Positions 1 through 15,147 of a DNA stretch of 64,000 nt are shown here, piece after piece; position 1 is the stretch's first letter; each line of letters opens with the position of its first letter. Source of the stretch: Kudoa neothunni (Eukaryota > Animalia > Cnidaria). The stretch is taken from positions 1,862,093 through 1,926,092 of the forward strand of contig OZ199839.1 in assembly GCA_964304625.1 (NCBI GenBank), given 5' to 3'. Below the pieces are notes generated by a model. The model had not been told where the DNA came from. It saw only the letters and a program-made list of their open reading frames with translations, and made no database searches. The translations under genes and the position numbers were made by a program.

Positions 1-480
1 AATGTAAAATTACAATATTCACAAATCCTCACATTTCTGCATCAATTTATTTGAAAAAATTCAAAAAAAATGTCCTGCAACACAAATAGGAATTTATCGT
101 GATCAGGTTTATTCTATTGAGGAGACTAAATAATTATGCACAGGATAATTACTTAATCAGAAATAAAAATAAACTAAAAACTGATGAGTTTCGAATATAT
201 TTAATTATTTCAGATTTAAAAGGTGTGGCGCTAGTAAGGAATAATTAAATATTGCTGATTTTAAAAATTAAAGTGCGTACTTTGCTTAAAAATCAAAAAT
301 CGTCGGGATTAAAAAACATGAACAAACAAATAATTAGGATTAAACTCTTCATCAAGAACAGTCAGAGCTTTTACAAAAACTGTTTTCATCGACACACAAA
401 ATTAATCTTATATTGAACAGACGCAAGGCGCTATCCATATTTTTCTTCATAATCAATAATTACAAGTTAACTTTTTAAAT

Positions 481-1451
481 AAGGGGTCTCCAAAGTGATC
501 GATAATTACGTTAGGGGTCGAATGTGGATCGATAAGTGTTATAAAGATCCAATGGATTTTATGGGCTTTTAAAGTAATGCTTCCCATCTTCCTACTCCAT
601 ACCACATTATTTAATTGTATTAATTGATACTATCCCATGACATTTGTTTTTTATTTTTAAGTTAAAATCAAACGCCACCTTTCTTAATTATGTAATTCAA
701 TGTTTTTCAGTTAAGTAGAGATACTTCGTAGCTCATACAAACTAGTGAATACACTAGCTTTATTCTTCTTAAATATTAATGACCAACAGTACTCATTGTT
801 ATTAACAATTTACAAAACAATAACGATAGTTTATACTAAGTTTATAATCGACTAAGAAGGATAAGTCTAATTTTTAAAATTGATTTGAATCTTAATTACA
901 AAAGCTACGGAAATAAATACAATAAATTGAAAATGTCGTTAGAATCCTTGCGGACACTTCAAAAACTCTTCACGTGCCCTCAAGCTAAGGAACATAATCT
1001 TGGTGTAAAGATTAAGATATTCTTATTAACTTTTCTATATATGTGTAAATTAATCTTAAAATCTGCAGTTGTATTTATAAACGTGCAAAAGTATGTAACT
1101 ATAATCATATACAACGATCTAATTTGGTAGGTCAATTGAATATGACGAAAAATAGGTTCATTGTGGTAAATTCTCCAATATAGTTGATTTTTGTCATGAC
1201 TTGATTATACATATCAGCGTATGTCTCCAAATTCCAAAAAATTTTGTAATATATTTTGATGTTACATCGTTAATAAAAGCTTTTTGGGGGGTTAATATAA
1301 TTTAGCATTTTATTATATGTTGGAAATAGAATATTAATGGGATATATTACACATATTTTTAATTGTTCAAGTCAAAAAAATGAATGTACTCTAATATTTT
1401 TAATAAAATCTCTGAAAGGGGTCGACGAAAAAAAAAGTTCGGAGACCCCTG
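481..1451. mobile_element. non-autonomous hAT-like DNA transposon
   Basis: Ends (A)AGGGGTCTCCAAA ... GTTCGGAGACCCCTG are inverted CAGGGGTC-type termini; 8-bp flanks TTTTAAAT (473-480) / CTTTAAAT (1452-1459), 1 mismatch. Confidence 0.7.
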
Positions 1452-1686
1452 CTTTAAATTAATTATAATCAACATTACATCCAAAAAATTGAATCATCAA
1501 GTATTAAGTAACATTACTTTTTACTAATGTCAATTGATTGAAAAATGATTATTAAGTAAATCTGAGAGATTAATTCCAATCGCCACACATACCAGTTATG
1601 AATAAATCATATCAAAATCAACACGAGATTATTATTATTATTACGGAAAAAATAATATTATATCAAATAATTGAATCAGCGCATAA

Positions 1687-4600
1687 TTAAGTGTTAATTC
1701 GGTGAATGATGATAGTCTGGTGAATAATTACTTTGATTAAAGTTTCACATTCGACCAAAAAATGTGATGCTCGTTCCGATTTTTCATTCGTCGATGACAT
1801 AAAAATTGAATGATCAGCAACATTATTCTTGAGGTAAATCATAGCCCGGCCGAGATAGTCGAGTCGGTCTTGAATAGTGATGTTAAAAGTGTTGTAGTTG
1901 GTCGGTTGGTTTATTATAGACATATCACAATTAGTCCTTATTTTCTCGTGAGTGTATAACGAGTTGGAATTTTTGCTCCAACTGTTGATATGAGATATCA
2001 ATGTGTTTAGTTTTTGATCAAATTGATGATCAGTCAAACTGCATATGTAGATGTTTTGGTTGTTTGGATTTCCATTGTTATCAGTTGAATTGGTTTCAGG
2101 CATATCAACAACTATTTGAGAAAGACGAATAAGTGTTTTTGCAGCTTCATGTGTTTTATTGTTGTTTTCTTGAATTTTCCATTGAAGCAGTAAGCTTTTG
2201 GGCAGAAATTGAGGTGAGGGATTAACACCACAAACATTATTTAAAAATGTAGTTATTTGTTGGATGTCACGGTTCAAAAATTCCACAATGAATGGAGTAT
2301 CAATTTGAGTCATCAAATCGAAGAGATTATGAACAACCGCCCAATAGTAGATGATAAAATGAAACTGTTTATTAACAACTTGGTCTAAAAGAATTTTCAC
2401 CGCAGCAATCGAAGGATTATCAGCAGCAATATTGTTGGTAGGCGTTGTTAGGTTTTTTCTGTAAAACAAATCCAACAGACTAAGAACAAAATACAGCAGA
2501 TATGTAGATTCATTATTCCCTCGAATCGAGCTTTTCATTTCAATCAAATAGCTGTATCTTGAGCTCGCCAAAACCAAAACATCGTTTGTACACCCCACTA
2601 AAACAAACCCATAGTACCAGAAAACTTAACACAAAATATACTCTCAACCAATAATTCGAAACAGGATATAGTTGAAAGTGATTGGTTTAGCTCCTTTAGA
2701 CTCTAAAATAAATTGTAGAAAAAGTATGTTGGAATTGGCAATAACGCAATCAAATGTTCAAATGTTGATGAATCATACCATAAGTATATTTTTGAGAGAA
2801 ATGGCCTTTTCATGGCATTCGCACATGTTGGATATGTCGATTAAACACTTGGTGATCTAAATTTAACAAAACAAACATGACAAAAATAGCAAATAAACAT
2901 TGATTCAGAGACCGAATACCTTTATGAATTGTAAATCTGATGAATCGAAAAAACTTCCACACAATGACGCAAGCTGCTTCAAGGTAGGCCTCAACTGCAA
3001 ACAACCAAGGGTATCAACATAGTTGATAAAGTGCGTAATTAAATCCCTTGTTAACGAAATATTGGTGATAAAAGTTCCAAATTTGGTTGTTTTTAATGTT
3101 TCAATCGAGATGTTTGTGGATAACAAATGTTTCATGAATCTGTCAAGATCGTGCTCGAACAAAACAGCAAAAAAGTTCAAAAGCTGAATCGATTTTTCTG
3201 CCAATTCCGACAAATAATCCAACGTTTTTACAGTTTTAGCGTTCAGTATGTCAATAGGATCAATCAAAGGGATATTTTCAAATTTGGAATAAAACATAAA
3301 ACGACATTCGTTAAAAGATTCCTTTATTCGTGAAAGATGATGTTGCCAATATTCTATGTCACTTAGTTTTAATCTTGAGAAGTACTAACAATCACAATAA
3401 ATAAAATTATTATTTCAAATTGACTGATAAGAGTTACATAATGAGTGCCATTGTCATAACTTGTTTGGTCCACGATTAGTGAATTGAACAGGGCACTAAA
3501 AATGATTCAGTCTCATTCAAATCATTTCTATCATTCAAAAATACTCAATATTTATGGAAAAAAACTGATTGAAGCCCAGCGAATACACCGACATTTGATT
3601 GCTGTATTGTGGGCCCATATCGGGTACTGTGCTTATGAGTGCGTTGGTGTGAGATACCTTCCCAAGCTCGTAGCCATTTGTGCCAACGGTGTTGATTACG
3701 GTTGAGGTTAAATTCTCTGTTTTCCTTTTCCTACAACCTTTGGTGTATTTCTCGCACAAAGAATTCAATTCATGTGCCATTTCATGACTTTTGGCCGGCA
3801 AATGAGTGATAGTTTTATTCTCAGCTGCATCATTTGAACTAAATTTATTTGTCTATTACTAATGAATTATATTTTTTAAATGATCTTTATTGTAATTATT
3901 AAATTATCAAAACGATAATTGTATTGAAAATTAAATACCTGGAGACAGCAGGAAGGGAAGATTTATCAGACGGGGCATATTTGGTACTTGAACGTTGAAG
4001 CGGTAAAATCGACTTCCTCATAGTTATGAAATTATTGTTTTGTATAATGTTATCATTGTAGCACGTGGAAGCATTATTCAAATCGATCATAGGGTAATTG
4101 CTGTATGCCATTTTTATTGGGGGAACAGTGGAAATATTTTCAGAATGGGAAGGCACCAACACAATTTCGTATCCTTTGTCGAATGATTTTTCCACCTTGA
4201 AGTGATATTTCACATTGAAAGATTCCATAATAAGATATAAAATTTCACGTTGTAGCTATAAGTAAAAAAATAATATCAAATATAACGCGAAACAATAATG
4301 TAGCATATCCCCCTTCATGAATGTAAAACATTGATCATGTGGTCATTTTCGAAACATACATACGTGCAAAAGCTAACCCTTTAAGGAAAATATTGGACTC
4401 CAAGAGCCAATCTTTCTATTATTTTCAAAATAAATTTTGTTAATAAAGTTGTTATATTTTTTGTATTTTCGCCAAAATTACTCATACTTATAAAATAATT
4501 ATTGTTTGTCGATTAATGTAATAAAACGGTTAAAAGTTCCATCGAAAATACTCAAAATGTAATCAACTTAACGACAAAATAATGTAGAGGAGGCTCGCGG

Positions 4601-7600
4601 AGCCTACGGTTGTCTTCAAAGGGTTGTTAATGTTAAATCTTAAACATAATTTTAACATTCATTATTATACAAAAACTTAGATATTTTTTAATGACTTAAA
4701 CTGATTCCATAATTATCTTGATGTTTCAATATTTTTCAACAAAATTAGCCTAACAGCAATGCACTAAAATATTGTCGATAGATCGAGGTCTCAATCATTA
4801 AAACAAAAAAGAGCGTAAAACCAAAAGTGAAACTGGAGACTCAAGGAAGAAATATAGGAATTTGTATCGCGTCGAAAATCAGAGGCATTCAGGATATGAA
4901 ATAAGGATGTAAATAGATTGAGTTTTGATTTAAATTTAAATGATTGAAATACAAATGAGTATGTAATTTACTGTAATGATATTAATCACAATTTAATAGA
5001 TTAACGAGTAAATTTCCTTATATTTAACCGTTATTTATCGTTGAAATATGAATTCCAAGTTTCCCTTCATTTACTTTCGTTACTATCGTTACATCAATTA
5101 TAATTAATATAAAATTCTAAATCACAATATTCAAGATAAAGAAATTAACAACAAGAGATTAATTATTCACGTGAATATACGAATGATTTAATCCTAAAAG
5201 AAATTAAGATATCATTTTCCCTCTAATTATGGAAGATGAATTCCTTAATGAGTACATCAAATTTATGGATCAAATAACTAGCAGATATGTGTTAGAATTA
5301 AAATGACTAAAATAAGTGACGAGGCACCTCCAATTTAGACAACAAGGGGGTTTATATGTGTGTATTTGTGGAAAGCGCAACATACATTGTCGTTAGAGTT
5401 GTAGACCTTTAGGTGTAAAGAGAGTAGAGAGGAAAAAATTGTCATGAGACCGTATCTTTGGATAAAATCATCAATAAGTTTTCTGAAATTGGAGGGTTCA
5501 TTGGTGAGTAGAGTTTTTTCGATGACGTCCATAATTTCAGTAACTCGCAAAATACAATAGCCCTATTGGATAACTGAGTATGAGAAAATTTCCAACAGAA
5601 GATTAGCAGAATTAGTGCAAATAAAAAGGAGCACTTACTTCAGCACCATACATCAGATAGAGATTGCTCCCAAACTCGCATTGAATGGTTGTATTTTCAG
5701 CAAAATAATACGGTCGTTTACGCGAGCAATGTTTGGAGTTGTCAAGTTTGAAAGGAATAATAGACGAGACGCTGAGATCACACTTACAGATTTCATAGTT
5801 GGTTACAGGATACACTTCACTCATTTGAGCTTGAATTTGTTGTGCGAAAAACACACTTTGAACAATGCCTTCGTTGTTGGATTTGTGTATACAAAGATTC
5901 ACTGCCGCATCACAAATAACCGACATTTCAATGTGATTAAATTCGCCCGCTGTATATGGGGAATCAGCTAGATTGAGCAGCTCATCTGGGAGAGCAAAGT
6001 GGATCATTTCAGCGCAATATTGTTTTCTATTCTCGGTGTAATGCTCGAATATGGAAAAGAATCCTCTAGCACCTGAAAACCAACCATAAACATATGCCAT
6101 CACATTATTAGGGTGGGTATCACCTGAACGGTACTGCAGAATAAATTTGGCAACTTTTGAATATTTTTTAGAACATATACCAATACTCACAGCGTGTGAA
6201 ATGACGCGTCTATCCTGCAGACTAAATACAATAAATATAGCTACAAACGGTGAAGTTGTGTTGAGTTACGTTTTATTTTGTGGAAATCTTACGGAGGATG
6301 CATTAAAAATGACGTGTTCCGTAATTTTGGAATGTTCCAAGTTAATCGTATAAATCTAGATGTAAATACTCAATGTTAACTGAGCAATACCTCATATAAT
6401 ACCTTCACAATATTATTCGAACACAATAGATACAAATAGGAACGATCTTCGTCAATTTCGATTTGTATGGGTTGATAATCTAAATTTTTTTTAAAATCAA
6501 TCTAAAATGCAATCGTCTCAAAACGCTTATCGAATATAAAATGCGATCAAACTCGAGTTTTTATTTTAGACAAATGTTAAATTTAAATTTCCTGCACATT
6601 TTAAAATTAAAATAATTTACATACATACATACAAATAAATAAAATCCTACAAGAATAAGTCCATTATTTTGCGATTTTCAAATAAAATAAGTGAGACCTG
6701 TGTTGAACTTTTCATTCACGAACCTTGCTCAAAGAAAACTTAGCACTAAGAATCCATACAACGAGAATTATCAAATCGACATAAAAACGAATTTAAATGA
6801 TTTTTTGAATGTCGTAATTCTTATATTCATAGGATAATGTAGTTCGTTCAAAATTGAACATATAGGAGAAATATTAGCAGGTTAAAATATTTTAACGATA
6901 GTTAAGAACTTTCCCATGATAAATGACGACACAATGTTATATAAACAACCAAAATTAAGGTTATTACAAAAATAAATACAACACAATGATATTGTATTTC
7001 AGGGGCGCGGATATTTATCGTTAATCTCGTAAAGAAAACTAATTCTTTAAGCATCTTTTTATAAGAAAATTCTCAATCAACCTACGTTAAGCGAGTAACA
7101 ATGAAATTACATTTTCTACGCAAAACTACTAACAACCAAAGCTGCTTCAGAAATCCGATAAATTGAAACTTTGTAAATTTTTACGTGAATTAACATAAAA
7201 AAACTTAATATTAACCACTCATTGCACATAATATGCAGGATTGTTTGTATCACTTTTGAGAGTTTACGAATATTTAACTCTTAATATTCGCCAATACAAA
7301 TACCAACCTGTGCATTCACGTTTTATTAAAGTCACTGTATATTGGCCCGACAAATAAGTTTTACGATCGTTTTGCCTTTTTGCACTATAAAAAGAAAAAT
7401 AAGATTGGTTGTTTTATGATTGTTATATTACAACATATAAATACGTACATTTAATATGTTAATCGTTCCAGTTAGGAAGTATTACCGATATAGTTTGATT
7501 ATGCTATTCAGATGTTAGTATTTTATTTAGAATTGTATTGTTATATTTTTCGAGGAAATTTATGAAAAAATTTATTAATTACCCATAATATCTATAGAAA

Positions 7601-9939
7601 ACTGTAACGTTGTATTTTATGACACTTGTGGTAGCCAGGGTAGCGTAGTTATACGTACGCAATGAACAGCATCGACAGTAATGTAGAAGATAATGATGTC
7701 AACACCAAAGAGAATAATTTATTAACGTCGATGATAAGTTATGTCGCTTTTTAGAATTGAAGTCGAGAATCTAGCAGTTTGAATATCGGTAAAAAATAAT
7801 ATTTCCATACTAAAATGCAAAGTCATTGAGAGCGCACAAAAACGACGTGATCGAGTATTATAATGTCACGTGAAATAATATCTGCAACATTATTCAACGA
7901 TATAAATACTCTCTCTTTTGTCAGTAGAACTAGTTATTATTATAATATTATAAGACGGATTTGTACAGAAGTGTTGTTTATAAACTAAATTTTAGAATCT
8001 TAATAAGTTTCTATAATTATGTAATATATTTAATAAGTTGTTGACGATAATCATGATATCTTACATGTAACCAACGTTATGTAAATTATATAAGCTCAAT
8101 TAATATAGTTTCTTTGAAAATTAAATGAGGATGTATAATTACCCTATTGGAATAATAGCAAATGCTTATTTTACTTAAATAGTTAATATAATTGTCATGA
8201 ATGTTTAGATATGAATATGTTAAACTACTGTGCTGCTTGACCGAATGAACTTTTCGTATGTTAAGCACCGTGTGAACTAGCTTATTGGTATTAATTTATT
8301 GAGATTAAATATCGATAAATTATCGAATTGATTAAATAATATCTTCTTATTTTTGAAACTAGAGTAAAATCTATTTGATCACTAGTATTTTTAGATGCGC
8401 TTTAGGATCAATATAATACAAAATTAAGTCATCCATCAGGTGTAAATATGAAGTTTAAATTTTTATGGAAAAATTAAGCTTGGTGAATTCTTTGATTCGA
8501 AAATTAACATTCCAATAATTTAACCGTAAAAATCTTGATGCAATCCGTTTCTAAATGAGGTCTGCCAACACATTCTTCAACGAAACATAATTTCTATATA
8601 TATTTATCATTGGGATGTTATATATATATAATGTTAAATTTAATTGTATATCAACTTAAAATAAATTTATAAAACACGCGATGCTAATCTGCCAGGCCAA
8701 TAGATGCTGCTCTTTCAAAAGCAAAGCGGCACTAGTCTAAACCCTTATTCGAACTCATCTCTCAACGTATCACATCTGAATGTGTTAGTGCAAAAAAATC
8801 AACCTTGATGATTTAGTCTTTCATTTTTAAACCACGCACTGAACATATTCTTTTTGATAATTTTGTCGCTGAATTTATTCTCGAGACGAAAAAAACGATT
8901 CAGAAATTTTCCATCCTTCATCTAAAACAGAATTAAGTTGAGAGTTTATCTTTATTTCACCTCATAAAAAATACAAATACCTTATAGCATAATTCGTATA
9001 ACACACCACTTGTGTCGGCGATAAAAATGGATCCATAACTTGTGGTTTTGATGCATTGAACACGATCACTAATGGGGTTGGATATAGTTGAACATACGAA
9101 GCCATCGAGCAATTTCATTCGATTGTATTGGTTTGTAGAAAATCGATAATCAAAGGAGGCATACTCCCGAGACTCTGAAAAATCCACTCCAACCGCGCCA
9201 ATCTCATTGCCACTGAATAAAAATATGAGGTGGGTAGCCAGAATGTTATTCTGATCTACACAGATCAATATAGTTTATCAAACAATAATATCTATTTACT
9301 ATCCACAGCAATCACTTCCGCGTGATTTACAGATCTAGAAAGCGGATGTTTTAATTGAATCACATCTCCACCATTCAAAAAATTCCACATATAAACCACA
9401 TTGCTCTCTTCGCTAGATGCCCACATTCTGTAGATGGTCGGAAGAACACCAACTCGATTCAAACGAAGCTCTTAACAAAAAAATTAGACTTTAAATCAAC
9501 TGGTGGTTTTAAAAAAATGAAACCAACTTTCAACAGCGGGAGGATAAAATCTCGATTTGTGAAACTTCATCAACGAAGGAGTGTCTGACATCAACCAATC
9601 GTAACAGGTGGTCTTATCGGCAAAACATTCTAACGCATCTAAATCGTTTCCAAATTAGATAACCGAGGTCGATAAAATTTAGCCATTGGCCAAAAAAGTC
9701 TATTTACGCTTTCCTGTAGGTACAATATCTACACGCCGTCTTTCATCAAACAAAATCTCATTCATTAACATTAGATCTCGTTCCATGAGTTTGTGTGCGT
9801 TGATATCATCTGGCAATGAGGATGCATTTTCGGAGAGTAATGTTTTGTTGGGTGGAAGGGTTAAGTTCCAGTGTTTGGGTTTTTCACTTTCTTGCGTGTG
9901 ATGGCTTTCGGTTGAAAACAAACGGCGCAAGAAATCCAT
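1687..9939 (-). CDS. NUP155: nuclear pore complex protein Nup155 (Nup155/Nup170 family), multi-exon; 3' end uncertain
   Basis: Collinear exon peptides match Nup155 motifs: VGVLPTIYRMWASSEESNVVYMWNFLNGGD, TTSYGSIFIADTSGVLYELCYK, PIQIEIDEDRSYLYLL, FHFIIYYWAVVHNLFDLMTQIDTPFIVEFL, HEAAKTLIRLS, ITIQDRLDYLGRAMIYLK. GT-AG introns, two of them kb-scale (~4256-5254, ~6480-8803). One extra base in the T run at 8889-8895. Confidence 0.88.
4377..4623. mobile_element. piggyBac-like MITE in nup155 intron
   Basis: CCCTTTAAGGAAAA ... TTGTCTTCAAAGGG inverted ends, subterminal GGACTCCAAGAGCC / GGCTCGCGGAGCC, degenerate TTAA flanks (CTAA / TTGT). Confidence 0.5.
7331..8711. mobile_element. degenerate TIR element related to 39595-41536, in nup155 intron
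   Basis: Left GTCACTGTATATTGGCCCGACAAAT and right (revcomp) AGCAGCATCTATTGGCCTGGCAGAT both resemble TIR GGCAGTGTCTATTGGCCCGAACAAAT; no clear TSD. Confidence 0.5.
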
Positions 9940-12900
9940 TCGATTCACGCCCGCAATGGCACGACAATAAAACGATACAATACGACTTACAATCTCCTCA
10001 CCAGATTTCACGTTTCTAACTAATGGTTATTGCACCGAATCGATCCAATATTGGTCATCTGATTTATTATTTTGTTACAAAATCAAATTTTTCAACTGAA
10101 ATTCGTGGGATTTAATCAACATAAAAGCAGTCACATGGCTGTCTTAATTTGGGAAATAATTAATTTGTTTGATTCACCATACTAACGTATCATGGCATAG
10201 TTAAGGTGTTAATGAGGAGAATATTTTCACTGCAAACTTTCGAATCGAAAATTTGGGATATAACATCCAGTGATACTTTTAACATTGGGATTAACAGATT
10301 AAAATATCTTTAAACAATTGCCGCCAACTGAAAAACGAATTCCAACAATTACCCATTATGACACTATTTAAATTCTGTCTCGTTTAATTATCTGGTGTTC
10401 AGATAGTCCAAAATTTTCTCAGATAAGCCAAACTCATTTCCAAAACGTTTTATACAACTCATCTCATAGTGCATCATAATTTATCAAAGTTTTGTCAACG
10501 GGTATGAATGAATAAAGTCGATAAAACACTTTATTTGTGTTATTTTGTATTATATGTAAGCAAAAAAAAATACAAGAACTATAACACAACAAAAACAAAT
10601 ATTATTTTCATTGCTCCATCAAATCTATACAATCTATGGCATAGAAGTTATGAGACAATATGAAGGGAGTCTAGGGTAATTTAAACTCCAAAGTATCTAT
10701 TGTTTTCATTAAGGCGCGAAACCCCTCAATATCATCGATACAAAAGTCCGTGGTGATTATCACCTCATTCAATTGGCACGGTAAAGAAGCGAAAATTTTA
10801 ATGAATATTTGTTTCGATACCACGTCCAGATAACTCTAAAAGGACTATAAAAACATACACAGTTATCCACTCACTTTTTGATGCCCCAGTAAAAGTTCCA
10901 TATTGAGATTTTCAAGTAAATTCGATGATTCAATCATTGATTTATCTTTCGCCTGGCCGTTGGAAAAAAACTTTCCCGGCTCTAGATAAACCCTTCTCTA
11001 AACAAAAAATTATTTTTCAATCGTCAATCATTAGACGCACTATCGAGCCAAATGCTTGATTTTTCCGAGAGAAAAAAACGAGTGCACTCTTCTTGAACAC
11101 ACTAATACTTATTTCGTATTTATCGTCACCCACTTTAATAGATGTATCAAATGTATTGGACTGTAGCATGGATAATTAAAGTATAGAATAAATATTCTGT
11201 TATGCGCGTGCGCGCACGCACTTCTACCAATATTCCATGTGTATGTCTATTTATACTATAAATTTTATAGTACAACAAAATGTGTACTTGGTGCATTATT
11301 TGATCCTAAGTAAAAATTTTCCAAAACAACAATAAATTTAATCTCTCCGGTTTTTTCTCATTTATAATGTTTTAGAAAGGTATCCTTAATATAACGTATA
11401 ACAGAAATTTTTGATTGAAGTCTAACCTCAAATCTTACGCGTTATTCCCAGTAAGATTTGCCTCGAATATATGATGCACTTTTAAAAAGTGATTCCTAAT
11501 TATCATCTATCGTTGCTGAGCCTTTATTTTGGCGTAATAATAGATATTACTAAATCAAGTAATGAAATTTTAAATTAAAGTGGAATCCTACAGTTTAAGT
11601 CGAATCGTAGTGTATATCAACTCGAATAAACGAAGACGCGCTACATCCCATTGAGGATCCGTATTTATTCAGGAACTATTGTTTAAATCAAAATTTTACG
11701 TTTAGAGTATAGATCATAAATTTTTAATTTATAAAATTAAAAAATTCCTGTACAACACCGCAGAAACTTAAAAAAGGAATGTGTTTTTGTAAGATAAAGG
11801 GAAGCGGATTTTTTTACACAAATTTTATAATCTCGTTATTATAAAATAAAATTATAATCAAATGATCTAATTAGTTGTTTACATTGTATTTTATTTTAAT
11901 TTAATCTTGCATATTATTATAGTACAACTATCATTCGACCATAGGTTAAGTTTTAATACATCGCACGTTATAGCAGGTCAAAACTTTAATTATGAAAATA
12001 TAGTACCATATGTATAAAGAAAAAACATTTATTTAGTTTTTAAAATTTTTTTATTAATACATTAGCTGAAATTTAATAATTACGTACACATTTTTTTTGT
12101 ACAAACTACTCGTGTATATTTTATAATCAATTTATGCAGTGATTTTTTCATATCAAAATCAAAAATATATAGAAAAAAATCTATTTAAGTTATTTAAATA
12201 CATTAATCGATTTAATAAACTTAAAAACAATAAAATTAGTGTGTTATTATTAATAATTAATTTTAAAACATTGGCCAAAAACTACGGATCATTAAAAAAA
12301 TAATTTTTTATTGGAAACAATGTGATATTGGTAGAAAAGATATGATGGACCCTGAACGCTAATCGACTGCTAGATTTCCCATTAAAATATCAAACTAGAC
12401 GTCCTTATTTATGAAAATATAATCGGGTGAAAATTTTTTAGAGTGAGGGAACCAAATAACAGTGGAGGATTTTGTTAATAAATATTCGATTGTCATCTCG
12501 AGAATATACTTGAAGCTAATAGGTGTTTTGAATTGCGATTATCGCAAAATATTACACCGGTAACTATTTTTTTCGTATACAACAACTACCATTTTCATTA
12601 TTTTAGATGATTATAATTGTTCCCATCTAATTATAAAAGCTTTTTTCCATGCGGAAAATTTTTAAAAAGGATTCTAAAAATAATACTTCTTTAACTACAT
12701 TCTAACTATAAAATAAGTTCAATAAAAATATTTTTCTCGCATCATTGACCGATTTATATATAAACTCGTCTCCAAATTAATTTTAATATTACCAGAATAT
12801 TGGGCTTCTGATTCGGCTAACAGATATTATTTCGTATAATAATGGCTGTATGTTGCGGCTCATATTGTTATAATTTGAAATTTCCTTTTTCTAATAGTAA

Positions 12901-13105
12901 ACATAGATCAAACATAATCCAGTAATATTGAAAATATAATTTTAACACACGCCTTTTAATTTTATCCTGATACAATTGAAGATGAAACAGGCTTGAAATA
13001 TCACCAAAACCATTGGAACTATAATTTGACTAAAGGTCCTCCTTCCTCCTTTACGTTCCAAAGTGATTCCATCGATTGAAATTACGATCTGGAAACAGCA
13101 ATATA

Positions 13106-15147
13106 CAGTAGGTGACGAGTAGTGACCACTAGAATGGGAATAGGGTCTAAGGTGCCACGACCCGTCAAGTGTTCTCGAGCCAGGACGTCCAATGAGACTA
13201 TCGGAAAAAACCCATTGTCGCAAAGAAAACACAATAGGATTATTAAAATAAAATAAAAATTATTTTAAGCGCGTTTTTTAATTATTGGCGTCAATTGAAT
13301 CGTCTTCATCATCTTCACAGCCCTCAGTTAAAAAGTTTGATCTATTTTTTCGGCGTTCAAGTTATCCTTGACTCACAGCACCGCTGTTCACATCATATAT
13401 TAGTTTATTTATTGAACATGACGTCAAACACGTATCATTATTTCTTCTGATCAACTGCTTCGCGAGAAGTTTACATTTTACAGTTTCAACCTTTAACGAG
13501 TTTGTTTAGTTTTTACTGCGTTCATTAATATTAATGAAAAAGTTCGTTGAACATTTGCAATGACTGGAATTGATGTTCTTAGCATCTTTATTAAGCCAAT
13601 CTTCAAAATCTTCTACTTTTACCCAAACTTGATTGTAGCACATATTATACCACGCTCTTTTTTTGAGCTCCATTTGAATTTTCACGCATACGTTAAAATA
13701 ATACGTCTATCGTTTCAAAATATGTTATTAAAAAACAAGAAAAATTTTAAGGCAACGTTGAAATACCCAAATACAATCATAGAATAATAGTTACAATTGA
13801 TCAAATAATAATTATTCAAGAATTGGAAAACATTAAATATGATAATTTTACCCAATTCTAAAACTTATTATTTATAAATTGATCTCAAAGAATTCAATAA
13901 TCTCCAAGATTTGGCTTAAAGTGAAAAAAACCCCAAGAACCTAAGGTTAGTAGAAAAACCCCAAGGTTTGGACGCCCTGCCTCGAGCCGTCATGACGCAT
14001 GTGAACAAAACAAAATTTTAATGTGAGCTCTTGCAATTTACTCTATCTTGTTTATCGCTATGTTTTCATTTATATTTAAAAGTATATTTAATACAAAAAA
14101 TTTAATAACAATCATGTAAAGGTTAAGTGCGATTAATCCAGTCGATCCTTGACTTTAATTTATAGAAACTATTTAGACAACGTGATGATAATGCTGGTGA
14201 TTTCTGTCAACAAAAATTTTAAATAATAATAAATGCATTTCACACATCCAATTTTATTACAATCAAAATTATTTTTATTTTAATCATAAGGTTTAGACGA
14301 TTTAAAAAAAAAACATGCAGAAAACTTCCTTAATGAATTATTTTATCTTAATGAAGTGTTGCGTAACAAAAAAATTATTTTCTGTACTCAAGAGAAGTGG
14401 GAGTAAGAGTTAATAACCAAGACAGATTTAATATATAATGATATGCATAAATTTCATAAAATTAAATAATATACTCAATAGAATGTAACTAAAAACTTTT
14501 AAAACACTTATTAGATGGATTTTGCTTTGAAAATGCCACTAGTCTTTTACTGACACACCTCTGACTTCCTCATATCGTAAATCGTCGTTTCTAGATCTAT
14601 GACAGTAGATAACATTTGATAATTTCGTTTCTGAAAAATTTGTACATTCTACTCAAATAAATTAGAGAATCATTCATAGAAATAGTGATTTTTTAATGTT
14701 CTGCGGTTATTCGTAGTCCTCATTCATTATGGGTCACCGTAATGGATTCTTCATTACCCAAAATCTTATTTAAAGAAGATAGAGATTTTAAGTTAAAATA
14801 ATTGAGAATTTTAGTTTTTCTGTTTTTTCCATTCGATATTCTTTCATAATATGGAATTATATCCATTTTATCTTTCAAATAACGAAAATTCTTTGTTCTC
14901 TCCAGGTTCCCACGACCCATTATTTGGACAACTTTATTCTTAAGCATAGTGCCCACGACTCGTAAATTTTGTATCAATTCCTATTTACAGCGAATTAAAA
15001 CAAAAACTAAAGATTTAATAGTTTATCATAATTGATATGCTTTTATTTCATTTTATTTTATTTAATTTAATTTGTAACAATATTGTTTAAGTCTTTAATC
15101 ATAACAGGTGCCCAGGGGTGGTAGTGTGCACGAGCCGTCACCTACTG
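13106..15147. mobile_element. Tc1/mariner-pogo-like non-autonomous element
   Basis: TA|CAGTAGGTGACGAGTAGTGACCACTA ... TAGTGTGCACGAGCCGTCACCTACTG|TA; 12-bp perfect outer TIR; TA flanks. Confidence 0.8.
13181..13979. mobile_element. hAT-like element nested in the 13106-15147 element
   Basis: TIR CAGGACGTCCAA / TTGGACGCCCTG; 8-bp TSD TCTCGAGC (13173-13180) / CCTCGAGC (13980-13987). Confidence 0.8.

Noticed and set aside
10620-11000. Possible decayed integrase remnant on the minus strand (FYWGIKK.VDNCVC; TTDFCIDDIEGFRALMKTID)
   Set aside because: Multiple stops and frame changes, no LTR or TIR found; needs tBLASTx/HMM support
11380-11388. GTATCCTT U12-type donor motif
   Set aside because: Not within any gene model and no matching U12 branch site or exon context
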